Assembly: GCA_043812155.1 (NCBI GenBank)
Contig: JBDRMK010000017.1
Coordinates: 77,824 to 141,823 of the forward strand
Origin: Patescibacteria group bacterium
GTDB lineage: Bacteria > Patescibacteriota > Patescibacteriia > JAXHNJ01
Length of the DNA stretch: 64,000 bases
Reading direction: 5' to 3'
Position 1 is the stretch's first letter, and each line of letters opens with the position of its first letter. Shown here one piece after another: positions 20,401 to 29,965 of the stretch. A program made the translations under genes and the position numbers. The notes beneath the pieces are model-generated. The model did not search any database. It was not told where the DNA came from and worked only from the letters and a program-made list of their open reading frames with translations.

Positions 20401-20700
20401 CTGACCAACTATCCAACCGCTTTTACCGATCATATCCAAGCCAATCAACATATTAGTGCCAGCCACATTTTCTACTGACCAAGCCGGCCCAGCCGAAACA
20501 ACGTAATAAGCCTGGGAATCCCCGTTTTCATCGGTCGGCCAGGAAATTGTGGCGGTGGTCGCTTTTAGATTGCTTACGGCCGGATCACTGGTAATACTGA
20601 TCGCGTTCGCTTGCCGTCCAAGAAAGAAACCAAAGGCGAATATAATTATCAAAGAAACGACTTTTTTTATGGAAAAAATATTTTTAAGCGAGTAGTTCAT
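17437..20700 (-). CDS. Exported protein: Fn3 + YCF48/BNR beta-propeller + Cys-rich tandem repeats + Ig-like
   Basis: Repeated WAVG..GTIIKTTNGGATW, 49-50 aa Cys repeats, Big-like ASDNAGVTRVEL..LQATAYDSAGN. Confidence 0.85.
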   Translation of the reverse strand: MNYSLKNIFSIKKVVSLIIIFAFGFFLGRQANAISITSDPAVSNLKATTATISWPTDENGDSQAYYVVSAGPAWSVENVAGTNMLIGLDMIGKSGWIVGQSGIILHTNLNFSNFWTAQTSGVTVNLLDVEAIDANTAWAVGANGTIIKTTNGGATWSKQVSGVNVALLSIAAIDGQQAWAVGDLGTVLHTVDGGLTWVKETSGVSNMLIGVEVYDANNGWAVGTSGTIIKTTNGGATWNRQTSGTTNALRKIAVIDSNNAWIAGIYDLILRTSNGGSTWISQTTGSGLSFNNIYALSINNACVVGGSGGFFCTNNAGTNWQNYTSISGNNRTLHAVYLAGANAFWAVGDAGTLVYYGISYDSYKSDFTQTTDHALILDNLLPLTSYYYIVCSQNNLAQEICSTDKNFTTLAACPDGTDDGSCNLSQQYCQGTTLMPLDGTKNCVHCGYTCPAATPYCNTTLQACEEKCLDGTSPDSCNAGLLYCDPISLQLSNNCSLNQTKCGYTCPVATPYCSSTGQCEEGCNSTTPVGSCFGTQYCQSANNFVNNCLQCGYICPAATPFCSATGQCLPGCNSTTPVGSCSGTQYCQSANNFVNNCLQCGYTCPASNIFCNTSNGLCEPGCNITTPVGSCSGAQYCQSANNFVNNCLQCGYICPAATPFCSATGQCLPACPDGTNFGQCNTASQYCCRLSGDSFCTPGQLSPTVGHNCQECSFDCSTTSTEPYCDATGTHACAEQCADGTARGGCNETTKQYCNAALQLVNDCRQCEYTCPPATPVCAEDTGLCEADQEPPVISNINIDPSYNSAILTFDTSEPAQADIAVLLNADCTLLHSFIGVADINTSFEVFIGNLLPSTTYYLNIGVWDTAEESNFASTGCPSSISFTTLAEPDLEAPVVRILTPTEGEEISASYNITVEASDNAGVTRVELILDSEASPFVTWTGFPYDYLFDTTTRSPGSHTLQATAYDSAGNSTDSDLVNFVIINDVAPPVLTMINVDVSLDEITGKRKAVITWETDEPATSRVDYVIEIGGDYDHLYGDDDECLRPGDCVKDESLTTSHSLELINLKANSRYHYRITSCDAKINCAH
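18690..19200 (-). repeat. Coding tandem repeat, about 147-150 bp unit, at least 3 near-identical copies
   Basis: CNSTTPVGSC.GTQYCQSANNFVNNCLQCGY.CPA.. repeated. DNA such as tattggcgctctggcaata recurs at about 18777, 18927 and 19074. Confidence 0.85.
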
Positions 20701-23700
20701 TTATTTTCCTCTCATATTCAAGACCGGATTAGAGGTGTCGTTAAAAGGCATGCATCCTTCGGCCTGATTAACCTGGTTGGCGCATTCTTCTTTATTTTCT
20801 TCCGCCATATCTTTTATATAATAATATGAGCGGCAACCCGGCAATCCAGTGGCGGAACAATTACCGCCAGGGCAATCAAGGTCGTTATTGCACATTTGCC
20901 CGTTTCGGTCCCCTCCTTGGCAAACAGTCGGTTGACAACTTTCGTCCACGGGCACGGTGACTCCGTTCTCTTCTACTAGAGCACAACCCGTGCGGCAAGA
21001 AGCGGGGTCAGAAGGATCACGGTATTCATTGCAGCCGCTTTGTTCTTCCGGGCACAACCCTGCCCAGTAGTCGCAAGCGGTCGTGCCGGTGCATTGGGCA
21101 TTGCTGGTGCAGGCAGCGCCCACATTCATTACGCCGCCCCCGCAAAGCGGAGCGACGCAGACACCGCCCGGACAACCGGCATTATCGCTACAAGTTGTGC
21201 CATCGCGCTCTCCGCCTAAACAATAGCGACAATCCGAATTATCAACGCAAGCCACATCGGCGAAAGCCCCGGAGGCGCAGACTTTCACGCAGGCCCGGCC
21301 GGTCGGTATTTTTTCCGGTGGCGGAGTAACATACGGGCATAAAAGATTCGTCCCTAATTTAAACCATTGGTATTCGCCTCCGCCGCTTCCCAGTTTATAC
21401 TCGCAGGTCTTGGAGCGGGGATCCTTGAACCAACTGGTTCCGCCGCCATTAGTATAAGCATATTCCGCGCAGCCATCTTCGGCGGCCAGACAAACAATAG
21501 AAACATCATTTCCCTTTTCATCAGTGTATTGATACTTTTCCGGATCATTAAGCAGGAATTTTGTCTCCCAGGAAACAGGCTCGTCAATCTGATTTAAGGC
21601 GGGAAGACCGAAACTCTGGCAGCCTTTAGCGCTGGCCGGACAAGTTTTGGCCTTGTCATAAACAACCGTTTCAAATGAATCAGCGGGAATAGTAATACCT
21701 CGAACGACCGTGGCAAAAGGATTATGATAATTTTGGGTATTGATCATGGCGGCGCAGCCGATGAATTGAATAGGGCAGAGATGATCGAAAGATTTAATAT
21801 AATGAATGGCGTTTTTAGTATCCTTATAAGCCTGGCAGTTAAGATCACCCGCACCGCAGCTGGTAAAGGTATTTTTGATGATATAAGAGACATCCGCCAC
21901 TTCCTCCAATAAAACATTATCAATATAGAAGGGTCCGTTAAGCTCAAGGGCGATCTGGTCAAAATCCATCATGTCCCGGTCAAAAACCAGCGGCCCCAGA
22001 ACATATTGGTTCCAATCCTGGGTGACACTGACCGGTCCGCTGATGAAGGAAATTATATTATCAGGCACGCCGTTATTATTTTGGATGACCGCGTTATTAA
22101 TCGTCGTGGTGCCGGCCCCGTCCGGTTTCAGCCAGAAAGAAAGCTGGTAATATTGGCCGCTTACGAGTTTTTTCTCTTTCAAGACAGCAGGATCAACCAC
22201 GCTGGTGGCCGTGCTATTACCTGCTACATGCAAAGAATGCTCGGTCGCCCGCAAAGATTCATTGCTGATGCTTCCCGCCTGCCATTCAGTCGCGCCTAAA
22301 GTCGTATCTTCAAAAGTGGCCTGGAAGACTTTGCGGCTGACACTGCCGGTATTGCCTTTATACTCGCGGCAGCCGGCGGCTTTGGCCGGGCAGCTGATGC
22401 TTTCCGATGGGATCAAATAAAATATCTTTGTCTTACCGGCGATAGAATCAATGGTATTGCGGTGCGGATAACATTCAGCCGAAGCTTTTATCACCCGCGA
22501 GCGCAATATATAGTAAACATTGCCCGCGGTATCATAATATTCCGTGCAATCGGGATTAATCTCCATCTCGGCCGCCGTGCAAGCAGCCACCTCTTTTATA
22601 TCAGAACAGGTTGAGCCGGGGCACTGACCATCATTGATACAGACATCGCCAATATTGTCCCCGCCGGCGCAAACGGTCAAATTATCGATGCACACCGGAT
22701 CAGCGCCCACATTCGGCACGGATAAATTAGTGCAGGGAGCATTGGAGGTATTGCTCTTTTTAAGACGATAAGCGGTCAATTGGTAGCCGCGCGTGTCGCT
22801 GCCTTCCCAAGTATAGAAAGTATTGATTTCTGCCGCCTCGGGCTTGACGCACTGGCGGATTTTCGTGTAATAAGCCTTGCCTTCTCCGCCTTTGGCGACA
22901 ATATCCAAATTCGTGTATTCTTCGCAGCCCACGGAAGCGACTTCACAACGCTGGCCGCTGCCGCCAATAAAGTAAACCGGGTCGCGCTCCGGCCGTTCCG
23001 GAATGCTTAAGATCGGCTCTTCCCGGAAAGGCTGGCAACCGACCTTATCCGCCGAACATAAATTGCTGGGGTAAACAACGCCCGGAATAGCCGCTCCCTT
23101 GCCTTTAACCGGCGTGTATTTTTCGCAGCCGACGTCTTTTTCTTCACAGGCGATGCGATTGCTGTTCAAATAAATCTGATTGGTCTTGCCATAGTCTTTA
23201 TAAGCGGAAAGGGTATTTTCCTCCAACTGCATGGCATCAACATAAACATCAACCGCCACTCCGGCGACGGGATCGCTGGCTCTGACGATCAAAATCAGAC
23301 TGTTGGGGGAAACAGGATTTCCGCCTCCGTCTAAAGTAATGTGGTCAACCGTAAAAGTCGTGCTGAATCTTTGCCATTCAGTGGTCAGCGAGATAGGCAT
23401 AGAAACCAGGTAATCTGGGAAAAAACCAACTCCCCCATTTTTCACCACCAGGCGGCTAGTCGTCGTCGCCGCCGTCGCCTTGGCATAAATAGAATAAGTG
23501 AAAGTCCGGTTCAAAACCGGGTAGCCGGTGTCAATTTGATCCGTCGCTAAATATTGGCCGGAATCGCCCGGGCCGCAAGAAGGCAATTCTCTTAATTTCA
23601 AAGCGATCGAACCGGTGTAAGCGTCGGAAACCGCTTCGGCGGTCGCCCCGCAAGTGTTTTCCACAATAATGTCGGTAAAATTATTGCTGACATTATTATC

Positions 23701-26454
23701 AACTTCACCGGTGTAATATTCAAAACTGGAATTCGGGACTAAATTGGTATGGTTGCCCGTCGGGATAAACTCCTGGCAGCCCACGTTGTTTTCCGCGCAT
23801 TCTTTTACATCGCGATCAAAGTGAATTTTATTGCCCGTTGTCTTGGTGCAGGTCCACTGGTTTGTCGTTGTATCAAAATCCGGTTCCTGGCAATACCACT
23901 GACAGCCGGCGTTAGCCGCCGTGCAGCCGTTGATATCCAAGGTTTTTTTAAGATAAGAAACAACCGAGCCATCCGACGCCTTATAACTCTGGCAGGAAGC
24001 GTACTGCCGGTCGCAAGCGTCGCCGTTAAATTTCCAGACGGGTCTTTCTTCAAAACAATAGCCGTATTTAAGGCATTTGCCCTGGCTGTCCTGCTGCAGA
24101 CAAGATTGCTCATTGACGCAAACGTCGCTGTTACGGCTTATCTCCCAGTGGCCGATATCCGGGGTAATATTAGTCGTCGGATCATATTTACAATCCGTTT
24201 TATTATCTCCATTAGTATCTTCATCGCAAATATATTGTTTTAGCTGGATCTCCTCGCCTACGCCTCTTTTTTGGCAATATGTTTCCGGCAATTTTAACAC
24301 CCAGTTAGGATCGATCAAACCGCAGAAAGGCGAGGCATTGGCTTCGGCCTGACAATAAGGTTCCGCCTCACCGACACAGTGCCCGACGATCTGATCGGGC
24401 GTTTCCCGGCAGACAAAACCTTCAGGGCAGACCGGCGTAGTTAAATCACACGCGTCATAACAAGCCTTGCGTCCGCCGTCCGCCTGGATCGTGCAAATTT
24501 GACCGGCGTCGCAATCACTATTATCATCGCAAGAGGGGTACAAAGTAGTATCATAACAATCGCTGTCTCCGCCGCAGGAAATAGATTTATCATTACTGCA
24601 ATATTTTTTGCCGCCGCTTTCGCAGCGTTCCGCTTCCTCAATTAATTTTTGCAGGGTAATATTTTGGGGATGATCCTTAATCCATTTGGCGGCCAGCTCC
24701 CAGCCCACGGGCACGACGCGGTATGTGCGTAAATAGACAATCGAGCGGTAAGAGATGCCTGAATTTAGGCTTGGCTCCCGGCCTTCGGCGTCAAAGCCGA
24801 AAGTCCCGCCGATCAAACCCTTTTCAATCGCTTGTTTTACCGACAGCTCCTGATCAATCGCCGTCTGAAAACCCGAATCAATAATCCCCCTGGCGGTTAA
24901 ATCACCCGCGGAAACCGGGTCCTGGCCGGGACTGCCCAAGGTAAAATTAAGTTTGGAAATCGAGGCGAACTGAAGCTTGGCCGCGGCCACGCCTGACGGC
25001 TGAACACTGCCAAAAACCAGCTGGCTTAATTTTGAGCCCCCCGAAGGGCCTTTGCAGCCGGCCGCCGAAGGATTAAGGGCGCACTTGCCGCCGAAAAATC
25101 TCTGGGTCAACCGGTCAATTAAAGTATTGGTAAATATCGTGATAAGATCCGCTTTAAGCGAACCGGTCCGCACTTCTTCCGGTCTCGTGGCCGCGCTTTG
25201 CGTATCCTCTAAGCGGTTTTGCACTGATTCTCTAGGGGCAATAATAGAAACCCCCAATTTATCGGTCAGGGAACTGACCGAATCTGACGACGCAATTACC
25301 TGCGCCGCGGAATAATCTTTCTGCGTTTTTATTTCTTCCAGATTCAAAACTTTCAGAACCTTGCCGATATCATTCTGCTCCGATTCCAGGTAAAGATTGA
25401 TCGTGCCGCCCACTAATTTTTGGTTGGCAAGAACGCCATTTTTCGCGTCCGTAACTTTGGCGAAATTTTTAAAAATTTCATTCGCGGTGCACCGGGAGGT
25501 TCTTATTCCGCCTTTGCAGTTTTTTAAGCAGATCTGCAGTTCGCTTTGCAAACCTTTCATTTCGTTGATATAAAAACGCTGGACAGTGGCAATACAAAGT
25601 TGAAGATTTTCCCGGGTCAAAGGTATCTTTGTCCATTTATCCCTTTCTTCATCGGTATAATATCCTGTTGGCTGACAGTAAACACCGGGCGGAGTAGAAA
25701 GACCAGGACCTTGTTCGCAAGCAATCGGGCAGGGAAAATATCCATCACTATGCCTATCAATATTATCGAGAACTCTAAGCGAACCCTCATTATCATTATC
25801 AAGTGCGGTTAAATAAGGAATACTGCTGTAGGGGATAATCATGCTTGCCTTTCCAGTTTTCGGATCAATCGCCATTAAATTATACCGCAGGTCGTCTACC
25901 GCGGGCTTATTTACAATTTCGCATTTCCGGTTGCAATAGTCCAATGGATTGTCACTTATCAAATCGCCGATAACCATAGTTAAGGCCATTTGCGTGGGCA
26001 ATTGCCCGGCGCAAACATCAATGCCAAAAACCTCTTCTCCCATGGAATAAAGGAAATCGCCGGCTGAGGCCTGGCTCAATTTCGTCCAATAATGGGGGTC
26101 AGTCATAAAAAGCGGCTTCTGGCCGGTGCCGGCCGAAGCGATCCAGACCGCCGTATCCTGAACCACCCGGCCCAAAAAAGTGCGGAGGGAATTTTTAAAA
26201 GCGACATCAGTCGCCACTGTAAAAGCTTCTTTAGCTTTTTCTTTAACTTTATCAAAAGCTTTCTGGGCTTGAGCCCAGGCTTTTTGCCAGAAACCTTGGC
26301 CTTCAAGAACAGGGGCGGAAACCACGCCGCCAACCGCGTTCGCCGGCCTAGGTTCAAAAGCCAATAAAAAAAGAAAAACAAACGAAATAAAAAACAGGAG
26401 CAAAAAACTACTGGCTAATATTTTTTTATTTATACTCTTTTTTTCGACGGGCAT
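20701..26454 (-). CDS. Giant (1917 aa) exported Cys-rich protein with CBM4/9-like domains
   Basis: N-terminal signal/TM, helical N-domain, NLVPNSSFE..TTEWQRF..VYVDAMQLE, many CxGGxxxGxxC repeats. Confidence 0.8.
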   Translation of the reverse strand: MPVEKKSINKKILASSFLLLFFISFVFLFLLAFEPRPANAVGGVVSAPVLEGQGFWQKAWAQAQKAFDKVKEKAKEAFTVATDVAFKNSLRTFLGRVVQDTAVWIASAGTGQKPLFMTDPHYWTKLSQASAGDFLYSMGEEVFGIDVCAGQLPTQMALTMVIGDLISDNPLDYCNRKCEIVNKPAVDDLRYNLMAIDPKTGKASMIIPYSSIPYLTALDNDNEGSLRVLDNIDRHSDGYFPCPIACEQGPGLSTPPGVYCQPTGYYTDEERDKWTKIPLTRENLQLCIATVQRFYINEMKGLQSELQICLKNCKGGIRTSRCTANEIFKNFAKVTDAKNGVLANQKLVGGTINLYLESEQNDIGKVLKVLNLEEIKTQKDYSAAQVIASSDSVSSLTDKLGVSIIAPRESVQNRLEDTQSAATRPEEVRTGSLKADLITIFTNTLIDRLTQRFFGGKCALNPSAAGCKGPSGGSKLSQLVFGSVQPSGVAAAKLQFASISKLNFTLGSPGQDPVSAGDLTARGIIDSGFQTAIDQELSVKQAIEKGLIGGTFGFDAEGREPSLNSGISYRSIVYLRTYRVVPVGWELAAKWIKDHPQNITLQKLIEEAERCESGGKKYCSNDKSISCGGDSDCYDTTLYPSCDDNSDCDAGQICTIQADGGRKACYDACDLTTPVCPEGFVCRETPDQIVGHCVGEAEPYCQAEANASPFCGLIDPNWVLKLPETYCQKRGVGEEIQLKQYICDEDTNGDNKTDCKYDPTTNITPDIGHWEISRNSDVCVNEQSCLQQDSQGKCLKYGYCFEERPVWKFNGDACDRQYASCQSYKASDGSVVSYLKKTLDINGCTAANAGCQWYCQEPDFDTTTNQWTCTKTTGNKIHFDRDVKECAENNVGCQEFIPTGNHTNLVPNSSFEYYTGEVDNNVSNNFTDIIVENTCGATAEAVSDAYTGSIALKLRELPSCGPGDSGQYLATDQIDTGYPVLNRTFTYSIYAKATAATTTSRLVVKNGGVGFFPDYLVSMPISLTTEWQRFSTTFTVDHITLDGGGNPVSPNSLILIVRASDPVAGVAVDVYVDAMQLEENTLSAYKDYGKTNQIYLNSNRIACEEKDVGCEKYTPVKGKGAAIPGVVYPSNLCSADKVGCQPFREEPILSIPERPERDPVYFIGGSGQRCEVASVGCEEYTNLDIVAKGGEGKAYYTKIRQCVKPEAAEINTFYTWEGSDTRGYQLTAYRLKKSNTSNAPCTNLSVPNVGADPVCIDNLTVCAGGDNIGDVCINDGQCPGSTCSDIKEVAACTAAEMEINPDCTEYYDTAGNVYYILRSRVIKASAECYPHRNTIDSIAGKTKIFYLIPSESISCPAKAAGCREYKGNTGSVSRKVFQATFEDTTLGATEWQAGSISNESLRATEHSLHVAGNSTATSVVDPAVLKEKKLVSGQYYQLSFWLKPDGAGTTTINNAVIQNNNGVPDNIISFISGPVSVTQDWNQYVLGPLVFDRDMMDFDQIALELNGPFYIDNVLLEEVADVSYIIKNTFTSCGAGDLNCQAYKDTKNAIHYIKSFDHLCPIQFIGCAAMINTQNYHNPFATVVRGITIPADSFETVVYDKAKTCPASAKGCQSFGLPALNQIDEPVSWETKFLLNDPEKYQYTDEKGNDVSIVCLAAEDGCAEYAYTNGGGTSWFKDPRSKTCEYKLGSGGGEYQWFKLGTNLLCPYVTPPPEKIPTGRACVKVCASGAFADVACVDNSDCRYCLGGERDGTTCSDNAGCPGGVCVAPLCGGGVMNVGAACTSNAQCTGTTACDYWAGLCPEEQSGCNEYRDPSDPASCRTGCALVEENGVTVPVDESCQPTVCQGGDRNGQMCNNDLDCPGGNCSATGLPGCRSYYYIKDMAEENKEECANQVNQAEGCMPFNDTSNPVLNMRGK

Positions 26455-26477
26455 AAAATTTTATTTTCGCCCTTATA

Positions 26478-27335
26478 TTATTGGCTGGTATTCGTATTGG
26501 CAGTGCCCTGATCTTCCAAGGCTTTTAGAAAAATTGCCTGCAAAGTTTCGTCATCCAATCCGCTTAATTCCGACTCCGCCACGCCGCTTTCGATTAAAAG
26601 CTGCCTGATCTCGGCGGGCGTTAAAGTCCTTAAAATACTGGTCGCCTCTTCATCAGAAATATTGGCATTCGGAGAAATATTGATATCGGCCGCGGGACTT
26701 ATATTGCTATTGGCGTTTGTCTGCGTATCCTGGACGGTCTGGTTATATACTTCCATTAATTCTTCATCGCTCATGCCGTCCAAGACATTCTGGGGCACGC
26801 CCGCGTTTTTCAAGGTTTCCCGCAAAGTGTCAGCGGTCGCGTTGCCGGAAAGGAGGGTGGAATTTGTCGCCGAAACGCTGGAATTGTCCGTAGTACTAGC
26901 ATTGGCGAGGCTCGTATTGGTATCCGCGCCATAGCTCACGCAGGCCTGGCCTTCCGGACAATTGGGATCAGTGCCGCTGTCAATTTCCTGCTTGTCGGTG
27001 AGACCGTCAGAGTCAGAATCGGCTAAATAAGGGCTGGTGCGATGAAAATAAAGTTCATCATAATCGGAAAGCCCGTCCGTGTCCGTGTCTTTGTTTTTTA
27101 AAGCGTCAATCTGGTCAATCTGCACCTGAGTAAGAAAAGAAGAAGTGTTGCTTGGCACCGCTTCCGGCATAAAAGGACTTTTTACGTATTGGGAAAGCCT
27201 TAGGAAACCAAAAAATAAAGCGACGATCCCGATCAAACCGACAAAAGCGTAGATCTTTCTTTCATTCTTTATTTCGGGAGGTGAATTTTTTTTATCTTGA
27301 AAATTCTCGGAATTTCCAGGTTCAAATTCAGACAT
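26478..27335 (-). CDS. Membrane-anchored protein with thrombospondin type-3-like Ca-binding repeats
   Basis: DTDTDGLSDYDE and DSDSDGLTDKQE repeats after one TM helix. Confidence 0.8.
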   Translation of the reverse strand: MSEFEPGNSENFQDKKNSPPEIKNERKIYAFVGLIGIVALFFGFLRLSQYVKSPFMPEAVPSNTSSFLTQVQIDQIDALKNKDTDTDGLSDYDELYFHRTSPYLADSDSDGLTDKQEIDSGTDPNCPEGQACVSYGADTNTSLANASTTDNSSVSATNSTLLSGNATADTLRETLKNAGVPQNVLDGMSDEELMEVYNQTVQDTQTNANSNISPAADINISPNANISDEEATSILRTLTPAEIRQLLIESGVAESELSGLDDETLQAIFLKALEDQGTANTNTSQ

Positions 27336-27381
27336 TTTTAAAGGTAAATTGATCCATTTTTACTTATCCATTATATCATAT

Positions 27382-28221
27382 TTAACCTAAAATGTCAAAG
27401 AATTGTTTGGTTAGATTTAGCCAATTTTCAAGGCTTAATTCCTGGGCTCTTACTTTAAGGGGTAATTTTAGTTCTTTTAGAATTTTTTCGCTAATTTCAG
27501 CGGAAATTCCCAAACCATGCTTTAAATTATTGGTTAGCTTTTTTCTTTTGGCGCTAAATCCTATTTTAACAAGCTTCGCGAAATTCATTTCATTGACGTT
27601 AAATCTATTAATCCCGATATTTTCCAATTTTATCAAGGTGGAATTAATTTCCGGCCGGGGCCAAAAATATTCCTTACCCGCCTCCAAAATTATTTTAGGC
27701 GAAGAATAAAACTGGGTGAAAACCGCGAGCAAACTCATCTTACCGGGCAAAGCCGTGATCCTTTGGGCTACTTCTTTCTGCACTAAGATTATCATTTCTT
27801 TTGGCCGGGGACGTAAAGTAAGAAAATTTCTTAAAACCAGAGAAGTTATGTTATACGGCAGATTTGAAATTAACTTATAGTTTAAATCCTTAAAATATGT
27901 ATTTAAATCGACCTTAAAAATATCCGCTTGAATTATTTCAATATTTTTTCGGCGGGCAAATTTGTTTTTTAAAAAAAACGCCAGACGCCGGTCTAATTCC
28001 ACCGCCACAATTTTTTTTACTCGGGCCGCGATATCATCGGTTAAAAAACCAAAGCCCGATCCGATTTCTAAAACCAAGTCATCTGGCTTTAAACTACTGA
28101 CTTCAATGATTTGCTGATTTATTTTTTTGTTAAACAAAAAATTTTGGCCGGCTGAACGATGAGGCAACAAGCCGACTTGTTGGCAAAGAGATATAATACT
28201 TTTTTTTGATAACTCCAACAT
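27382..28221 (-). CDS. rsmA: 16S rRNA adenine dimethyltransferase
   Basis: GQNFL, EIGSGFG, SNLPYNIT, QKEVA motifs. Confidence 0.95.
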   Translation of the reverse strand: MLELSKKSIISLCQQVGLLPHRSAGQNFLFNKKINQQIIEVSSLKPDDLVLEIGSGFGFLTDDIAARVKKIVAVELDRRLAFFLKNKFARRKNIEIIQADIFKVDLNTYFKDLNYKLISNLPYNITSLVLRNFLTLRPRPKEMIILVQKEVAQRITALPGKMSLLAVFTQFYSSPKIILEAGKEYFWPRPEINSTLIKLENIGINRFNVNEMNFAKLVKIGFSAKRKKLTNNLKHGLGISAEISEKILKELKLPLKVRAQELSLENWLNLTKQFFDILG

Positions 28222-28228
28222 GAAAAAA

Positions 28229-29389
28229 TTATAATAGCACGTAAAGCAAGGTCATCAGTCCGCCGATGACAAAAGCGGCGTTCCAGCCGGAAAAAAAGAA
28301 AAGTAAAACATAAACCGACAGACTAGCAATTATCTTGCCGAAGGCCAAGGATTGCTCAAAAAATACCACCGTTCGGATTATGTCGGATTTATTAGCTTGG
28401 TCATAGGTCGTTGTCACCACCGGCATGTATATCGTGCTTTTAAAGATCCGGGAGAATGTGTCAATGAATAAAATATGAAAACCATTGACCGCCAGGATCC
28501 TCACGAACCAGATGGCCGAATAAAATAAAGAACCGGTTCTAATTAATTTCTTTTTATTCTTATTGTCCGTTAATTTTCCGATGAATAAAACCAGAATACT
28601 GGTAATCAAAGTGGCTAAAGCGACGACGCTACCTAAAGTAAGAAAATCTTTTATCACCCAGTAGATAAAAACCGGCCAGACGACCATGACGATAAGCTCT
28701 TCGCCGAATCCCAGGTAGGCGAAAAAACTCCGGCGGTTTTCTTTGCTGAATATCATTTTAAAAGTGGAAAAATACGGAAAAGCCTCTTTTTTGAATATTT
28801 CTTTGGTCACCATCATGGGAATATTAGAGATCAGGATCAAGAGGGAAACGACGAAAAACAGAACATTAAAACCGAAGAATTTGATGATAAAACCGCCGGC
28901 CAAAGGCCCCAGCACGCAGACAATCATGGAAATATTAACAATGCCCGCCGTTTCCCTGCCCCGGTCCTCTTTTTGAGAATATTCGGCAAAATCGCCGTGA
29001 TACGCCGGCCAATAAAGGCTTTTTTGCATGGCAAACATAAAAACCGCCAAGACAAGAAAGACCGGATGGTGGGGTATCAAAAATAGGCATAAATAATAAA
29101 AGATCAGAAAAAAACAGCTGTACAGAATACTCCGCTCATAGCCGATTGAACCGACTGATTTGCCGCCCAGAGGGATCAGAAAAACATACAAAACATATAC
29201 TGCCAGATAAAAAAGCAGGATCTGCTGCAAGTTGTAGCCGATTTTCCAGAGGTAAATCGGCTCAAAAATAGAGATGGCGGAAACGGCGAAATCCATGATC
29301 GCCACCGAGGCGTAAAGCTCTTCCAGCTGGCGGGACACTCGTTTGGAAAAATAATGGACGGCGTGATAAGAAAAATTTTTTATGCTCAT
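28229..29389 (-). CDS. MFS transporter
   Basis: About 12 hydrophobic segments, 386 aa. Confidence 0.8.
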   Translation of the reverse strand: MSIKNFSYHAVHYFSKRVSRQLEELYASVAIMDFAVSAISIFEPIYLWKIGYNLQQILLFYLAVYVLYVFLIPLGGKSVGSIGYERSILYSCFFLIFYYLCLFLIPHHPVFLVLAVFMFAMQKSLYWPAYHGDFAEYSQKEDRGRETAGIVNISMIVCVLGPLAGGFIIKFFGFNVLFFVVSLLILISNIPMMVTKEIFKKEAFPYFSTFKMIFSKENRRSFFAYLGFGEELIVMVVWPVFIYWVIKDFLTLGSVVALATLITSILVLFIGKLTDNKNKKKLIRTGSLFYSAIWFVRILAVNGFHILFIDTFSRIFKSTIYMPVVTTTYDQANKSDIIRTVVFFEQSLAFGKIIASLSVYVLLFFFSGWNAAFVIGGLMTLLYVLL

Positions 29390-29961
29390 AATTTTATCGG
29401 CCCCTGTCTTATTATTTTTATTTTATTATTTTTTAATATTACCAAAGTGGAAGGCTTAACTTTTTTTAAACGGCCGGCGTCAATGATCAGATCCGGCTGG
29501 TATTTCCTGCGGGAAAAATTTCTTAGAACATCCTTGATATTATAGCATTCTTTTCCCCCGGCTAAATTGGCTGAAGTGGCCGTTATGGGCTTACCGAAAC
29601 GCGCGCAAATCTGCCGGGCCAAGTTCTGTTTTGGCACCCGAACGCCTAATTTTATTTTTTTATTTTTTAAAGGCAATATCAACGTTAACGGCCCGGGCCA
29701 GTATTTACGGGCTAAAAATAACTCCTTGGCGTTTAAACGGAAAAATTTTTTGACCTGGGGTAAGGAACTGGCCACGAGAGCTATTTTTTTGTTTTTTGGA
29801 CGATTTTTTATGAGGTGAATTTTTTTCAATGCGGCGGCTGATTTAAAGTCGGCGGCCAGACCATAAGCCGTGTCTGTGGGAAAAACCAATACGCCTTGAT
29901 TTTTTAAGGCGGAAATCACTTTCGTCCAGAAATATTTAGTTTTTGGCTTGATAATTTCCAA
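29386..29961 (-). CDS. tsaC: L-threonylcarbamoyladenylate synthase (Sua5/YrdC)
   Basis: FPTDTAYGL, WPGPLT, TATSAN motifs. TTG start at 29961 avoids overlap with the upstream gene. Confidence 0.9.
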   Translation of the reverse strand: MEIIKPKTKYFWTKVISALKNQGVLVFPTDTAYGLAADFKSAAALKKIHLIKNRPKNKKIALVASSLPQVKKFFRLNAKELFLARKYWPGPLTLILPLKNKKIKLGVRVPKQNLARQICARFGKPITATSANLAGGKECYNIKDVLRNFSRRKYQPDLIIDAGRLKKVKPSTLVILKNNKIKIIRQGPIKL

Positions 29962-29965
29962 TTTT

